From Nitrosopumilus sp. (lineage in GTDB: Archaea > Thermoproteota > Nitrososphaeria > Nitrososphaerales > Nitrosopumilaceae), in NCBI GenBank assembly GCA_965218785.1, contig OZ244650.1, positions 1,216,001 through 1,280,000 on the forward strand: 64,000 bases of DNA, in the 5' to 3' direction. Position 1 is the stretch's first letter. Every line of letters starts with the position of its first letter. The translations under genes were made by a program, and so were the position numbers. The notes under the pieces are model-generated. The model worked only from the letters and a program-made list of their open reading frames with translations. It made no database searches and was not told the DNA's origin. Of the stretch, positions 10,147 through 23,800 are shown piece after piece.

Positions 10147-10449
10147 TCACCTTGAGAATAACCGCACAAAAAATGATTTTTTTCTCGGGGATGCGTTTTT
10201 TGCACCCTTTCTGGAAATCATCCCATCGATGAACTCGTCTGTCACAAGGCTCTTGGGCTTTGCCTTCTCCCCCTGCAGCATCCTTATCTTCTGATCGAGC
10301 TTCTCGGTCATGGATTCCAGGAATTTCATGTCTGTTCTGTATAGCGGCTTTTCTTTTTTGATGCATTCCAGAATAAATTTCAGCCTGCCCTCATCTCCCA
10401 TTCCGGAGTTTAGCAGGTCAGTTGCCATGGTGTGATAGTCAGGTGCCAC
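10147..10449 (-). CDS. Small hypothetical protein
   Basis: ORF track; GMGDEGRLKFILECIKKEKPLYRTDMKFLE is protein-like; alternative ATG start at 10428. Confidence 0.65.
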   Translation of the reverse strand: MAPDYHTMATDLLNSGMGDEGRLKFILECIKKEKPLYRTDMKFLESMTEKLDQKIRMLQGEKAKPKSLVTDEFIDGMISRKGAKNASPRKKSFFVRLFSR

Positions 10450-10769
10450 TTTATTATGGTGGTAAAATCTGCTAATAATTCTTTGTGGATCTGCTGTTTT
10501 TAGGCAGAATTGTGTGATGAGCCGGCAGTCAGGATGATATCACCATAAACAGGCATGTGATGGGCCAGACGATGATGATGATACAAGCAGATCAGGTCAT
10601 CTACGGATGATTTACGGTGGTGGCATATGCTCTTTTACCTCCTATCTTTTTGCCGCCGCAGCTCTACTCGTAACAGTTAAACCAGTCCGGAATTTTCCTG
10701 GTTCTAGCTATTTTACTGATACGAATCCCGATGATCAGGTACTTATTTTCAATGAACCAAGTGTTTTTA

Positions 10770-11003
10770 ATGGATATCAAAGAGGAGGACCGTTCTGAGG
10801 AATCGCAGAGAAACCACGTCACATACTACAAGTCGCTGGCCAGGACGATCTCAGATGTCGAGGAGGAGAAAAAGCGGGAGGGGGATCAGGTGGTAAGGGA
10901 TCATCTTGATAAAAGAATAGAGGCCATGCAAAGGGACAAAAAAAGGATAAGGGGGATGTTTCCAGATGTCTCAGAAGAGCAGTGGGATGCCGATCCTGTC
11001 TGA
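10770..11003 (+). CDS. Small coiled-coil hypothetical protein (the track starts at 10731)
   Basis: MDIKEEDRSEESQRNHVTYYKSL..RIRGMFP; charged helical composition. Confidence 0.7.
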   Translation: MDIKEEDRSEESQRNHVTYYKSLARTISDVEEEKKREGDQVVRDHLDKRIEAMQRDKKRIRGMFPDVSEEQWDADPV

Positions 11004-11301
11004 AGAAGAAGGAAAAAAACATGCCAGGATCAAATAATTTGTGCCTTGTAGTTTCATCATATTTTGAAATATCATTTTAAATGGCCTCAAGCATTGGAGG
11101 GAGTTGATCTAATAATCCGGGTTTAGCTAACAGTGCCAGATCAGAAACAATCAATGTTTTTTGTTGAGATTATAAAAAATTAAAACTAAAGATACGGTAA
11201 TCTTTGGGATCCAACTCTAATTTAGCCGGGTCAAATCAAGGTATGACTAGGAAGGTTCAGGAACAGTTCTCAGGGATTTGAATGCTGCAAGAATAGTAAG
11301 A

Positions 11302-11532
11302 TTACTTTGAATTCTCGTCCTGATTGTGTTGAAAAGGATCGACGCCCATTTTCAGTTGAATCTTGGAAATCTCTCTTCCAAAAGACCTATAGAAATTATT
11401 TATTTGATTTTCCACATTATCAAGCTTTGTACAATTTTTACCAACTTGATTTTTTAACTCTGCTGTTTGATTTTTTAACTCTTTTACTTGATTTATTAAT
11501 TCATCAACCCACTCTGGTTTATCTTCATTCAT
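11302..11532 (-). CDS. Small coiled-coil protein
   Basis: Heptad repeats INQVKELKNQTAELKNQV; AT-rich; upstream TATA-like tract. Confidence 0.55.
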   Translation of the reverse strand: MNEDKPEWVDELINQVKELKNQTAELKNQVGKNCTKLDNVENQINNFYRSFGREISKIQLKMGVDPFQHNQDENSK

Positions 11533-11600
11533 ATCAGGTTTTCTCGCCTTATTCTTTAATATATGTTATTTAATGTATCTCAAGATTTCTGAATGGAAGT

Positions 11601-11642
11601 GCCCGGATCCGCATCAATGGCATTTAGATCGGATTGAACATA
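11601..11642. repeat. Imperfect ~42-bp repeat; inverted partner at 52889-52929
   Basis: Reverse complement TATGTTCAATCCGATCTAAATGCCATTGATGCGGATCCGGGC aligns with 52889 TATGATCAGTCCGATCTAAACG-ATCTGGTGTGGATTCAGGG. Confidence 0.55.
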
Positions 11643-11889
11643 AAAAATTCTCCTTGTGCCAAACATAACCATTACTATCTCAATTGGTGTTTATTCAGAT
11701 CCCTATAACTTTAGTACCTTACAAGTATAGTAATCACGATATAATCAGATCCCAAAGATACAGTACCGAAATATCACATCAGGTAAAACGGATCCGGGAG
11801 CAAACTAATAGAAAACCATCCATACACCACATGGCATATTTGCCATCAGATTAAACAAGTCATGGATTATCCAATCAAAGCCCATGTGT

Positions 11890-14800
11890 TTAGCCAAATA
11901 GTGATTGGAACCATCTGATGATCTGCTCAAATATGTTATAACTGCGTTTGGGTTCTGGTGTATCAGGTCCTGGGTAAGGATCCACTGGCAATGGTACTGG
12001 TATTTCTGGTACTGGTATTTCTGGTACTGGTATTTCTGGTACTGGTATTTCTGGTACTGGTATTTCTGGTACTGGTATTTCTGGTACTGGTATTTCTGGC
12101 GTTGGTTCTGTCCTGTCTGTAGACTGTGATTCACCATCTTCAGATGTTACAGCAATGTTGTACGCCGTATTACTGTGTGCAGAGAGGGTTATTCCACGGT
12201 TGTCCTGCAAGAACATGCTGAGACGGCCTGAGAACTCGTCATCAAATGGTATCATGATACTGTTAAAACGCTTTCCAGTTGAAAGAAGGGATTCAAGGTA
12301 TGATACCTGTGTCTCAGATATGATCGAGGCGTTATCACAGACATAAAGATTATCTGTTGCGTATTCCTTGCCGGTACATTCCTCATGTGCAAGAACATTT
12401 GCAATCAACATGTACTGTATCAGGGCAGCAGGTAATTGCGGTACTGCAGGATCCGAGAGGATGATCTCCATCTTTAGGATGTTCTGGCGTGCGTCAATGG
12501 GCAGTATACGTGGTGTTATTGTAAGTGATGCGTCAGGTTCAAGCGTTATCTGGGATGGGACTGTCAATACGTTTTCTCCGTTGGATGTAAAGATGAAGGA
12601 CAGGTCATAGGGCGAACCTCTGCCGTCGCCGCCACCGCTGCCTCCGCCGCCGCCGCCGCCGCCGCCTCCGCCGCCTCCGCCTCCGCTACCTCCGCCGCCT
12701 CTTCTAGGAGTGGGGTCTGGTTCTACTGGGTCTGTTCCCTCATCAACAGGTGTTGTTGTTGGTGGTGTTGGTGGTGTTACCAGGTTTGAGCCAAATACTG
12801 TAAAGTGTGCAGTCCAGATTATCAGGTCACTGCCAGTGTTTATGAAGCACTCTCCTGCGCTGTTAAGCTGCTCTGATACAGGGGTAAGATCATCGCCATC
12901 ACACGCTGCAGTTATCTGGGTAGCTGCTGCGCCGCCCTCAGAGTACCATGGAACGTTGCCTGCCTGTCCTCCAAGCTGTATCCGTATCGGTTTATCCGTA
13001 TTTATCACAGAGCCTGCCTGTCCTATCTCGATGCAGGATGCCTGTGCACCAGAAGTTATTGCAGTGGAATCACAGCCGGATCCAGAGTCAGTTGGCAGAA
13101 TCAGTATTCCATCAAAGGTAGAAGAGCTAAAGCTGGTGAAGGCAGGGATTGTCACCCGGATGTCCCCTCCACGTATACCTGTCGCAGTTACTACAATCTC
13201 GTTGTTTGTCGTAGCAGTTGGAGTCACTGATTCGCCGTCTATCAGTGATGAATAATCCAGCGTGGCATCTACTGTACTTGGATATTTGACTGTGGCAAGG
13301 GTGGAATCAAAATCAGTGACTGCGATGCGGTTATCAGTAGCGTCAAGTACGACGTTGACTTCTGCTGTTACCGGATAGTCTTCTAGTGGTGAGAGCGCCG
13401 ATGTAGAGTCTGATGTCTTTGTTGGACCAGATACGTCGATTGTGGCAGTGGTTCCGGCTGGGGTAGTTGAGAGGGTGAGTGATATGACAGTGTAATTGGC
13501 ATCATCGGGAGTGGCATCAATAAACGAATCTATTGTATGGGGCGTGCCAGCAGGTGACATTACGTCATCATAATGGGTGGCATCCGTAGTTACTAGTTTG
13601 CTGTAGATTATGGTGATTATATTATTGGAGAGCCTTGCAGATACTATCTCAGGTACTTCCGCATCAACTGTGATGGTATATGTGTTAGATGCCGTGTTTT
13701 GGTTACCTGCAGGATCTGCTGCCACATTTTCAGGTACGGATACTATTACCGTACCATCAGATGTAGTCACCACATCAAAGGTGTATGAGATGTCTGCCGT
13801 AGCAGTTTCAAAGTTTGATGGTACCGGTGCACCACCTGATGCCGTTCCGGATATTATGATATCTGCCACATCAAAGCCTGGCACAGGCTCGTTGAAGGTG
13901 ACAGTGTAGGATGCGGTGGTGTCAGTAAGTGTGGTGTCGCCATCAGCGATATCAGCGTTAGTTATGGTTACAGTTGGGCGGGTGGCATCATCTACGTTGT
14001 TTGTCACAGGCAGGGCAGCAAATGCCGCAAGTGCGTTTCCTGCAGCATCAGTTATGGCATCACCAACTGCGTAATTTATCGTGGGTGTGTCCCCGAGCGA
14101 TATCTGGGTATCCACAGTTATGGTTACGGTAGTTCCAAGTATTACAGTACCAGTAACTGTATTGCCAGGTACGGTAAAGACCGGGGTAGCCGCAGTTCTT
14201 GCAAGGAATTCGGATGCAGTAAGTACGATCGTATTCGCATCACTAGTTACAGCAGCTACGATGGTTGGTACAGTCGTATCAGGACCTAAAACCGCAAGTG
14301 TCTTGATGGTGTTTGGAGTGTCAGTGTTTGCTATTACAGATGGAAGATCTCCTCCGTATACGAGTGCCAGCGTATCATCATCATCATCATTTACACTGAC
14401 AAGCGAGTTGAATGCGCCATTTGCCGTGTCATGCTCGAATGGGTCACCACGGGCAGTCAGACCGGTGGATGATATGTCATATAATCGGATAAAGCCGTCT
14501 GCATCATCTCCCCTGTACGCAAGTGCCAGCGTATCAGAATCCAGCAGTGCCAGCGAGTTGATATGTACCTGCTCTTCAAATTCGGCAGCTGCAGATGTGG
14601 TCTGATATGTAGCAGCGTTAGTTCTTCCGGTAAAGCCACCAGATGAGGTAACATCAAATACCTTGATGGTACCATGCCCGTCATCTGCTAATGCGGCATC
14701 ACCAATCGCAGAGTATGCGACTGCCACAGTGTCACTATCCACCCGGACAAGGGAGTGGTATGCCGTCCTTCTGGAATCATGTTCAACGGCATCTATGACA

Positions 14801-17800
14801 GTAATGGTATCGTCTGCTAAAATATCAACTGCCTGCAGGTATGCCTTTTGAGTATCACCCCTGTATGCAACTATCACCGTGTCATCATCGAGTTTTACAA
14901 GAGATGAGTACTGTCCATTATTATTTGCGCCAAGTGCCGTAACAGTTCCAAAAGACAAAGCACCGTTGTCAGGATCAATACTTATAATCTGGATATAGTT
15001 GTCGGGGGAGGCATCAGGATACGAATATGCAACTACCAGCCTGGTTGCATCAAGTGTTACCAGGGAGTGGTTGTGCGTCTGCTGGCCATCAAGGACAATT
15101 CCTATGGAGGTAAGCACGGAAACACCAAACGGTGCAGTAGTAGATGCGGTATCAACATCATATGTTCTGAGACGACTGGTACTGCCGGCCACATATGTAA
15201 CTGCGATGGTATCATCATCCACAGCTGTAACAGCGGTGGATCTTGGGTGGGTTGTAAATTCGTTAATCGTCGTGGTTTTATCCTGAGTTCGGGTTTCAAC
15301 CGTCCGACTGCCAATCAACGTAATGTCCCCGCCAATGATACTGTACAGGTTAAGAACAGTGTCAAAATTCCAGAGAGCCGCATCATCGCTATTGGCTCTA
15401 GTTACAGTGTGGGATGAGACATAGTAATCACCGGTGAAATGTACCAGGTTGTGCCTGTAGCCGCCTGGTGTAAGGTCAAGTGAGTTTATTTGGGATATGG
15501 GATTTACTGTAACGGTGTATGTGGCAGATGCCGTGTTGCCGTTGCCTACCTCACCTACTGCCGCATCTGTTGCCACATCTGCAGGAATCAACACTGTGAT
15601 TATTCCACCATTGAGGGTAGTTGCAGCAAAGGTGTACGTGCTACCAGAACCGGTTGGTGTAGTGAGGGTTGCAGCTGCAGTACCAGATACTGTAATATCA
15701 TCTACGGCATCAAAGCCGGTTACATCCTCGCTGAAGGTGGCAGTATAAAATACAGAGCCGTCGTTTGTGCTGGCGCCATCAGCGACATTGGCAGTTATGG
15801 TTACAGTTGGTACAGCAGTATTGACTGTGACTGTGTAATCCCCAGATGCCGTGTTGCCGTTGCCTACCTCACCTACTGCCGCATCTTCTGCCGCATCTGT
15901 TGCCGCATCTGCCGGGATGGATACGGTGACCGTGCCATCAGTGGTGGTAGTCACAGTAAAGGTGTATGTGTCACCGGATCCGGCTGGCGCGGCAACAGTT
16001 GGACCGGCAGTACCAGATACGGTGATATCAGATACGGCATCAAAGCCTGTCACGTCCTCGCTGAAGGTGGCAGTGTAGGTTATGGTGTTGGCGTTGTGTA
16101 TACTACCATCAGGGGTGGTACTAGATAGGATTACGGTGGGTGCAATAGTATCAACTGTAACGATGTATACACGAGATGCATCATTGCCGTTGCCTGCCGG
16201 ATCAGTTGCCACGTTTGCGGGAATCGTTACTATGACCGTACCATCACCGGTAGTCACCACGTCAAACGTATACGCAGTTGGGCTGGTTGCCACAAAGTTT
16301 GATGCTGTAGGCGAGCCACCAGATGCCGTTCCAGTTACGACAATATCCTCCAGAACAAAGTTTGTAGTAGGATCGTTGAAGACGGCAATGTAGGATATTG
16401 TGTTGGTGTTTTGTTTGCCGTCATCAGAAGTAGCGGTGGATAGGAGCACGCTGGATCCACCGGTATCAACTGTGACGGTGTACATACCAGATGCCGTGTT
16501 GGCGTTGCCTGCAGTATCAGTTGCCGCACCAGTAGGAATTGATACAACGACTGTGCCATCGGTGGTGGCAGTCACAGTAAAGGTGTACGTGTCACCGGAT
16601 CCGGCTGGTGCAGCGGCAGTTGCAGTTGCAGTACCACCCAGTGTAATATCAGATGCGGCAAAGCCTGTCACGGTCTCGCTGAAGGTTGCAGTATATGTTA
16701 TGGCACCGGCGTTTGTAATGGCACCATCAGCGGTATCAGCGTTAGTTATGGTTACAGTTGGTGCAACAGTATCCACAATTACTGCAGAGGTGCCGCCAAG
16801 TGAATCAGCAGAAGTGGTCGAAGGAAGCACCAGGTTTGCAAGAGCGGTGCCACCAGTGGCAGTTATGCTTCCGCCGCTTGGTGTAAGGGAGCCGGTACCG
16901 ACATAGTTGAGATCACCTGTATTGTGTCCTGAAATAACGGTATACTGGAATATTATCGCGGCTGTACCTGTGCCTGAGAAATAGCCAGCTGATGCATCGG
17001 CAGTACCAGTCTCCAGTAACAGTTGCGGGGTTTCATTTACGTCTACTGGCGCGTCAAATGTTACGGTGATATCAACTGTGTCACCTGCGTTGTATGGACC
17101 GCCTGTCGCAGATACGGAATCCACATTTGGTGCATCAGGGTTTGGCACGTTGTTTGTCACGGTTTGGGCGGTAAATGTGGCAAGTGTGTTTCCTGCGATA
17201 TCAGTTATGCCAGAACCCATGTATGCTACTGTGGGTGCATCTACAAACACTATTGACGTATCTACTGTTATGGTTATGGTACTGCCAGATACTACAACAT
17301 TACCAGATACGGTGTTACTTGGGAGGACTGTAAAGTCTGTTGCAATCGCAGATCCCATAATGGGTTCTGATGCGGTAACTTCAATCGTTCTCGCAGTAAG
17401 GGTGGTGGCAGAAGAGAAGACAGGTGCGGTGATATCAACTGTAACTGTGTGTGTGGCAGATGCCGTGTTGCCGTTGCCTGCCTCATCTGCTGCCGCATCT
17501 ACGGGAATTGATACAACGACTGTACCATCATTGCTGGCAGTCACAGTAAAGGTGAACTCGGAGCCAGATACAATGGGTGCAGATGCCGTTCCAGCAGCAG
17601 TACCAGATACCATAATATCAGATGCGGTATTAAAGCCTGTCACAACCTCATCAAAGGCGACAGTGTAGGATATGATGCCAGTGTTTATGGTGGTACCATC
17701 AGGGGTAGCAGAAGTCAGCGTTGCAGTCGGACTTGTAGTATCAGACACGTTGTTTGTTACGGATGGTGTGGTAAATTGCGTCAGTGCATTTCCTGCAACA

Positions 17801-20800
17801 TCAGTTATGCCGCTGCTCACATACGATACGGTGAATGTGGCTCCGGGTATTATTTCAGTATCTACAGTTATGATTATGGTACTGCCAGACAGTACGGCAT
17901 TGTCAGATACGTTGCCATCTGAGAATGTAAAGTCTGTCGCAGTTGTGGTTCCGTCAAGGGTTTCAGACGCGGTAATTACAACCGTGGTCGCATCACGGGT
18001 TGCAACAGAGACAAATTCAGGTGCCTCGGTATCCACAATTACTGCAGAACGGCCAGCAAGTGAATCAGCAGAAGTGAGTACAGGTAGTGTCAGATCAGCA
18101 GGAATGTCGTTATCGAAGGCAAGTATGGTTCCGCCGTTTAGGTCAAGTGAGCCAGTACCGACATAGTTGAGATCATCAGAAGTGTGTGTTGCCGCAACGG
18201 TATATCTGAATGTCAAGGCAGTTCCACCCGTGCCTGTGGTATAGTCTACTACAGCGTCATTAGTACCAGTCTCCAGTGTGAGTTGTGGGACACCAGATAC
18301 GATTACTTTCTCGTTAAATGTTACGATAATGTCAACTGTTTCACCCGTACTGTATGAATCGTTTGTTGTCGCAGATACGCCAGTTATGCTTGGTCCGGTG
18401 GTATCGACTGTAACGGTATACACGCTAGATGCCGTGTTGCTGTTGCCTGCCACATCCGTTACCCTATTTGGGTGGATGGCTATTTGGACGGTGCCATCAC
18501 CGGTGGTTGCCACATCAAACGTATACACAGATGTGCTGGTTGGCAGCAAGCCTGATGCTGCAGGCGAGTTGTCAGACGCCGTTCCAGTTACGCCAATATC
18601 GCCTATAACAAAGCCCATAACAGGCTCGCTGAAGGTGGCAGTGTAGGATACTGTGGCAGTGTTTTGCGTGCCGCCACTAGAGGTGTCAGAAGATAGGATT
18701 ACAGTTGGTCCAGTCGTATCAACTGTGACGGTGTATGTAGCAGATACCGTGTTGTCGTTGCCTGCCGCATCTGTTGCCACATTTGCGGGAATCGTCACTA
18801 TGACCGTACCATCATCGGTAGTCACCACGTCAAACGTATACACAGTTGGGCTGGTTGCCACAAAGTTTGATGCTGTAGGCGAGCCACCGGATGCCGTTCC
18901 AGTTACCGTAATATCAGATACTGCAAATTCAGTTACTGCCATGTCAAAGGTGGCAGTGTAGGATACTGTGGCAGTGTTTTGCGTGCCGCCATTAGTTATA
19001 GTGGTAGTGCTAGACAGGGTTACGCCAGGTGCGGTTGTATCGACTGTGACTGTGTAATCCTCAGATACCGTGTTGCCATTTTCTGCCGGATCAGTTGCCG
19101 CACCAGTAGGAATTGATACAACGACTGTGCCATCGGTGGTGGCAGTCACAGTAAAGGTGTACGTGTCACCGGATCCGGTTGGTGCAGCGGCAGTTGGACC
19201 GGCATCACCAGATACGGTAATATCAGATGCGTCATCAAAGCCTGTCACGTCCTCGCTGAAGGTGGCAGTGTATGTGATGGTGTTGGAGGCTGTGGTGCCG
19301 TTATCATCGGTATCAGCGTTAGTTATGGTTACAGTTGGTACGACAGTATCCACAATTACCGCAGAGCCGCCTCCAAGTGAATCAGAAGAAGTGATCGGAG
19401 GAAGCACCAGGTTTGCAATAGCGCCGTCATCCACGGCTACAATGGTTCCGCTGTTTAGTGTAAGAGAGATGGTACCGACATAGCTGAGATCATCTGTATT
19501 GTGTCCTGAAATAACGTCATACTGGAATATTATTGCAGCTGTACCCGTGCCTGATGAATAGCCAGCTGTTGTACCAGTATTCAGTGATAGTTGCGGGGTT
19601 CCAGTTACGTTTACTGTCTCGTCAAATGTTACGGTGATGTCAACTGTGTCGCCTGCGTTGTATGGACCGCCTGTCGCAGATACGGAATTCACATTTGGTG
19701 CAATAGTGCTTGGCACGTTGTTTGTCACGGTTTGGGCGGTAAATCCGGCAAGTTGGTTTCCTACAGCATCAGTTATGCCAGAACCCGTGTATTCTACTGT
19801 GGGTGCATCTCCAAACACTATTGACGTATCTACTGTTATGGTTATGGTACTGCCAGATAATACAACATCACCAGATACGTTGTTACCTGGGAGGACTGTA
19901 AATTCTGTTATAGCCGCAGATCCCATAATGGGTTCTGATGCGATAATTTCAATCGTGGTGGCAGTAACGGTGCTAGCAGAAGAGAAGACAGGTGCGGTGA
20001 TATCAACTGTAACTGTGTGTGTGTCTGATGCCGTGTTGCCGTTGTTTGCCGCATCTGCTGCCGCATCTGCAGGAATGGTTACCATGACTGTACCATCAGT
20101 GCTGGCAGTCACATCAAAGATGTAATCGGTGCCAGATACAGTGGGTGCAGATGCCTCTGCAGTAGCAGTGCCAGATACCATAATATCAGATGCAGTATCA
20201 AAGCCTATCACGGTCTCATTAAAGGTGACAGTGTAGGATATGGTGGCAGAGTTTGTGGTGGTACCATCAGTGGTACCAGAAGTCAGCGTTGCAGTCGGGC
20301 CCGTAGTATCAGAGACGTTGTTTGTTACGGATTCTGCGGTAAATTGCGTCAGTGCATTTCCTGCAACATCAGTTATGCCGGTACCACCATACGATACGGT
20401 GAATGTGGCTCCGGGTATTATTTCAGTAACTACAGTTATGATTATGGTACTGCCAGATATTTCCGGAGTACCAGATACGTCGTTACCTGGGACTGTAAGG
20501 CCTGTCACATCTGAGGTTACATCAAGGGATTCAGACGCGGTAATTACAACCGTGGTCGTACTACTAGTTGCAGCAGAACGAAATTCAGGTGCCTCGGTAT
20601 CCACAATTACTGCATAGCTGCCGGCAAGTGAATCATCAGAGTCGAGTGCAGGAAGTGCCAGGCTGGCAGGAACGTCGTTATCAAAGGCAAGTATGGTTCC
20701 GCCGTTTAGGTCAAGTGAGTCAGTACCGACATAGTTGAGATCATCAGAAGTGTGTGTTGCCTCAACGGTATAACTGAATGTCAAGGCAGTTCCACCCGTG

Positions 20801-23800
20801 CCTGTGGTATAGTCTACTACAGCGTCATCAGTGCCAGTCTCCAGTGTGAGTTGTGGGACACCAGATACGATTACTTTCTCGTTAAATGTTACGATAATGT
20901 CAACTGTTTCACCCGTACTGTATGAACCGTTTGTCGCAGATACGCCAGTTATGCTTGGTCCGGTGGTATCGACTGTAACGGTATACACACCGGGTGCCGT
21001 GTTGCCGTTGCCTGCCATATCCATGGCACTATTTGAAGGGATGGTTATTCGGACGGTACCATCACCGGTGGTTGCCACATCAAACGTATACACGGTTGCG
21101 CTGGTTATCGCAAAGTTTGATGCCGAAGGCGAGTTGCCAGATGCCGTTCCAGCCACGCCAACATCAGTCAGCATAAAGCCCATCACATCCTCGCTGAAGG
21201 TGGCAGTGTAGGATATCGTGTCGGTGTTTTGTGTGCCGCCATTAGAGGTGGCAGTACTCAGGGTTACAGTTGGTGCGATCGTATCAACTGTGACGGTGTA
21301 TGGGGCAGAGGCCATATTGCCGTTGGTGGTAGTATCTGCTGCCACATCATCAGGAATCGTTACTGTGACCGTACCATCACCGGTAGTCACCACGTCAAAC
21401 GTATACACGGTTGTGCTGGTTTTCACAAAGGCTGATGCTACAGGTGCACCGTTGGATGCCGATCCAATTACCATGATATCACCTATGGCAAAGCCGCTGA
21501 CTGTCTCGTTGAAGGTGGCAGTGTAGGATATCGTGTCGGTGTTTTGTGTACCGCCATTAGAGGTGGCAGTACTCAGGGTTACAGTTGGGCGGGTAAGATC
21601 TTGCAGGATGACGGGTACATTCTGGTTTGTAAATGATACAAGTCGGTTTCCAGCAGCATCAGTTAGGGCATCACCACCGTAGGATACTGTGAGTCTATCT
21701 GAAGGTGTTAATGGTGTGACGACAGTTATGGTTATGGTGCTGCCATCGACTACAGGATCAGCATTAATCATATTGCCATCAAGGGTAAAGTCACCGGTAT
21801 CCACGCTTCCCACAAGTGGTTCTGACACAGTAATTACAATCGTGTTTACATCAGGGGTTGCAACAGAAATGAATCTAGGCGCATCAGCATCAACTGTGAC
21901 GGTGTATGTGTCAGATGCCAGGTTTGCGTTGCCTGCAGTATCTGTTGCCACGGATTCTGGGATGGACACTGTAACTGTACCAGCATTGGTAGTCACCACG
22001 TCAAAGGTGTAGGTGTCCCTGATTCCTGCAAGGTTTGATGCTGTAGGCGCGCCGTCAGATGCGGTTCCAGATACTGTAATGTCTCCCACAACAAAGCCAG
22101 TCACTGCATCGCTAAAGACAACATCATATGATACGGTGGCAGTGTTTTGCGTGCCGCCGTTTGCAGTATCAGCAGTTATGGTTACAGTTGGCGCAAGATC
22201 AAATAACTGCACCCTGTTGTTACTACTGTCTGCAACCAGCAGGTGCGTGGAGGTTGCAGTGATTCCTCGGGGACGGTCAAACTGGTTATCACCCGTACCA
22301 GGACTGGCGTCAGAACGGCCAATCGTGTCGAGATAGTTGCCATCCAAATCAAATACCTGTATCCTGTTATTTTCAGTGTCTGCAACCAGTATGTTCGTGG
22401 GGGTTATGGCAAGTCCTTCTGGGAAGTTAAACTGGCCGTTGCCTGCGCCGAAATTGCCAAACTGGCGGAGATAGTTGCCATCTAGATCAAATACCTGTAT
22501 CCTGTGGTTGCCGGTGTCTGCAACCAGGATGTGCGTGGAGTTTGCTGTGATTTCTCTTGGTGCGTTAAACTGGCCGCCGGGTGGGTCCTCAAGTGGACCG
22601 TAAGCTAGGCATGTGACAATCGTGCAATCAGAGCCATCCCTGGAGTCAGGACCCACCTGACGTGTGTGCTCAGGCGTGCCCGTAAATGTGTTCTCAGGTA
22701 TGACCTCAGTTGTGTGCTCAGGTGGGCCGTAAGTTATGCCGTAAGTTGCGCTGTAACTGCCAAACTGGTCGACATAGCTGCCGTCTAGATCAAACATCTG
22801 TATCCTGTGGTTGAGGCTGTCTGCAACCAGGATGTTCTCGGAGGTTGTTGCGACTCCTCTTGGTGTGTTAAACTGGCCGTCACCCGTACCTAGGCTGCCA
22901 AACTGGTCTTGATAGGCGCCGTCCAGATCAAATACCTGTATCCTGTTGTTGTTGCTGTCTGCAACCAGGATGTGCGTGGAGTTTGTTGTGATTCCTCTTG
23001 GTGTGTTAAGCACACCATCAGTTGGGTTGGGGGTACCAAACTGGCTGAGATAGGTGCCATCCAGATCAAATACCTGTATCCTGTTGTTGTTGCTGTCTGC
23101 GACCAGTATGCTCGTGGAGGTTGTTGTGATGTCTCGCGGTGTGTTAAACTGGTTGTTGCCCGTACCAGGACTGCCAAACTTGTCTTGATAGACGCCGTCC
23201 AAATCAAATACCTGCATCCTGTTGTTGCCGGTGTCTGCAACAATTATGCTCGTGGAGTTTACTGTGATTCCTCTGGGACGGTCAAACTCGCCGTCACCCG
23301 TACCATGACTGCCAATTGTGCGGACATGTGTGCCACCTAAATCAAATACCTGTATCCTGTGGTTGTTGGTGTCTGAAACCAGTATGTGCGTGGAGTTTGT
23401 GGTGATTCCTTGTGGATGACTAAACTGGCCGTTGCCCGTACCAGAACTACCAATTGTGCTGACATGTGTGCCACTTAAATCAAATACCTGTATCCTGTGG
23501 TTGCCGGTGTCTGCAACCAGTATGTTCGTGGAGGTTGTGGTGATTCCTTGTGGAAGGGAAAGCATACCTCGATCAAAATCCGCCATGACCCCATCACGAT
23601 TTTGTCGTTGGATGACATCCACGCCGGAATTGTCAAACGAGCTGCGATGGTTGCCAACTAAATCAAATATCTGTATCCTGTCGTTGCCGGTGTCTGCAAC
23701 CAGTATGTGCGTGGAGTTTGTTGTGATTCCATAGGGTGCGCTAAACTTGCCGTTTTCTGCGCGGATAATGCTGTCGTCAGGTTGGATGACATCTACGCCG

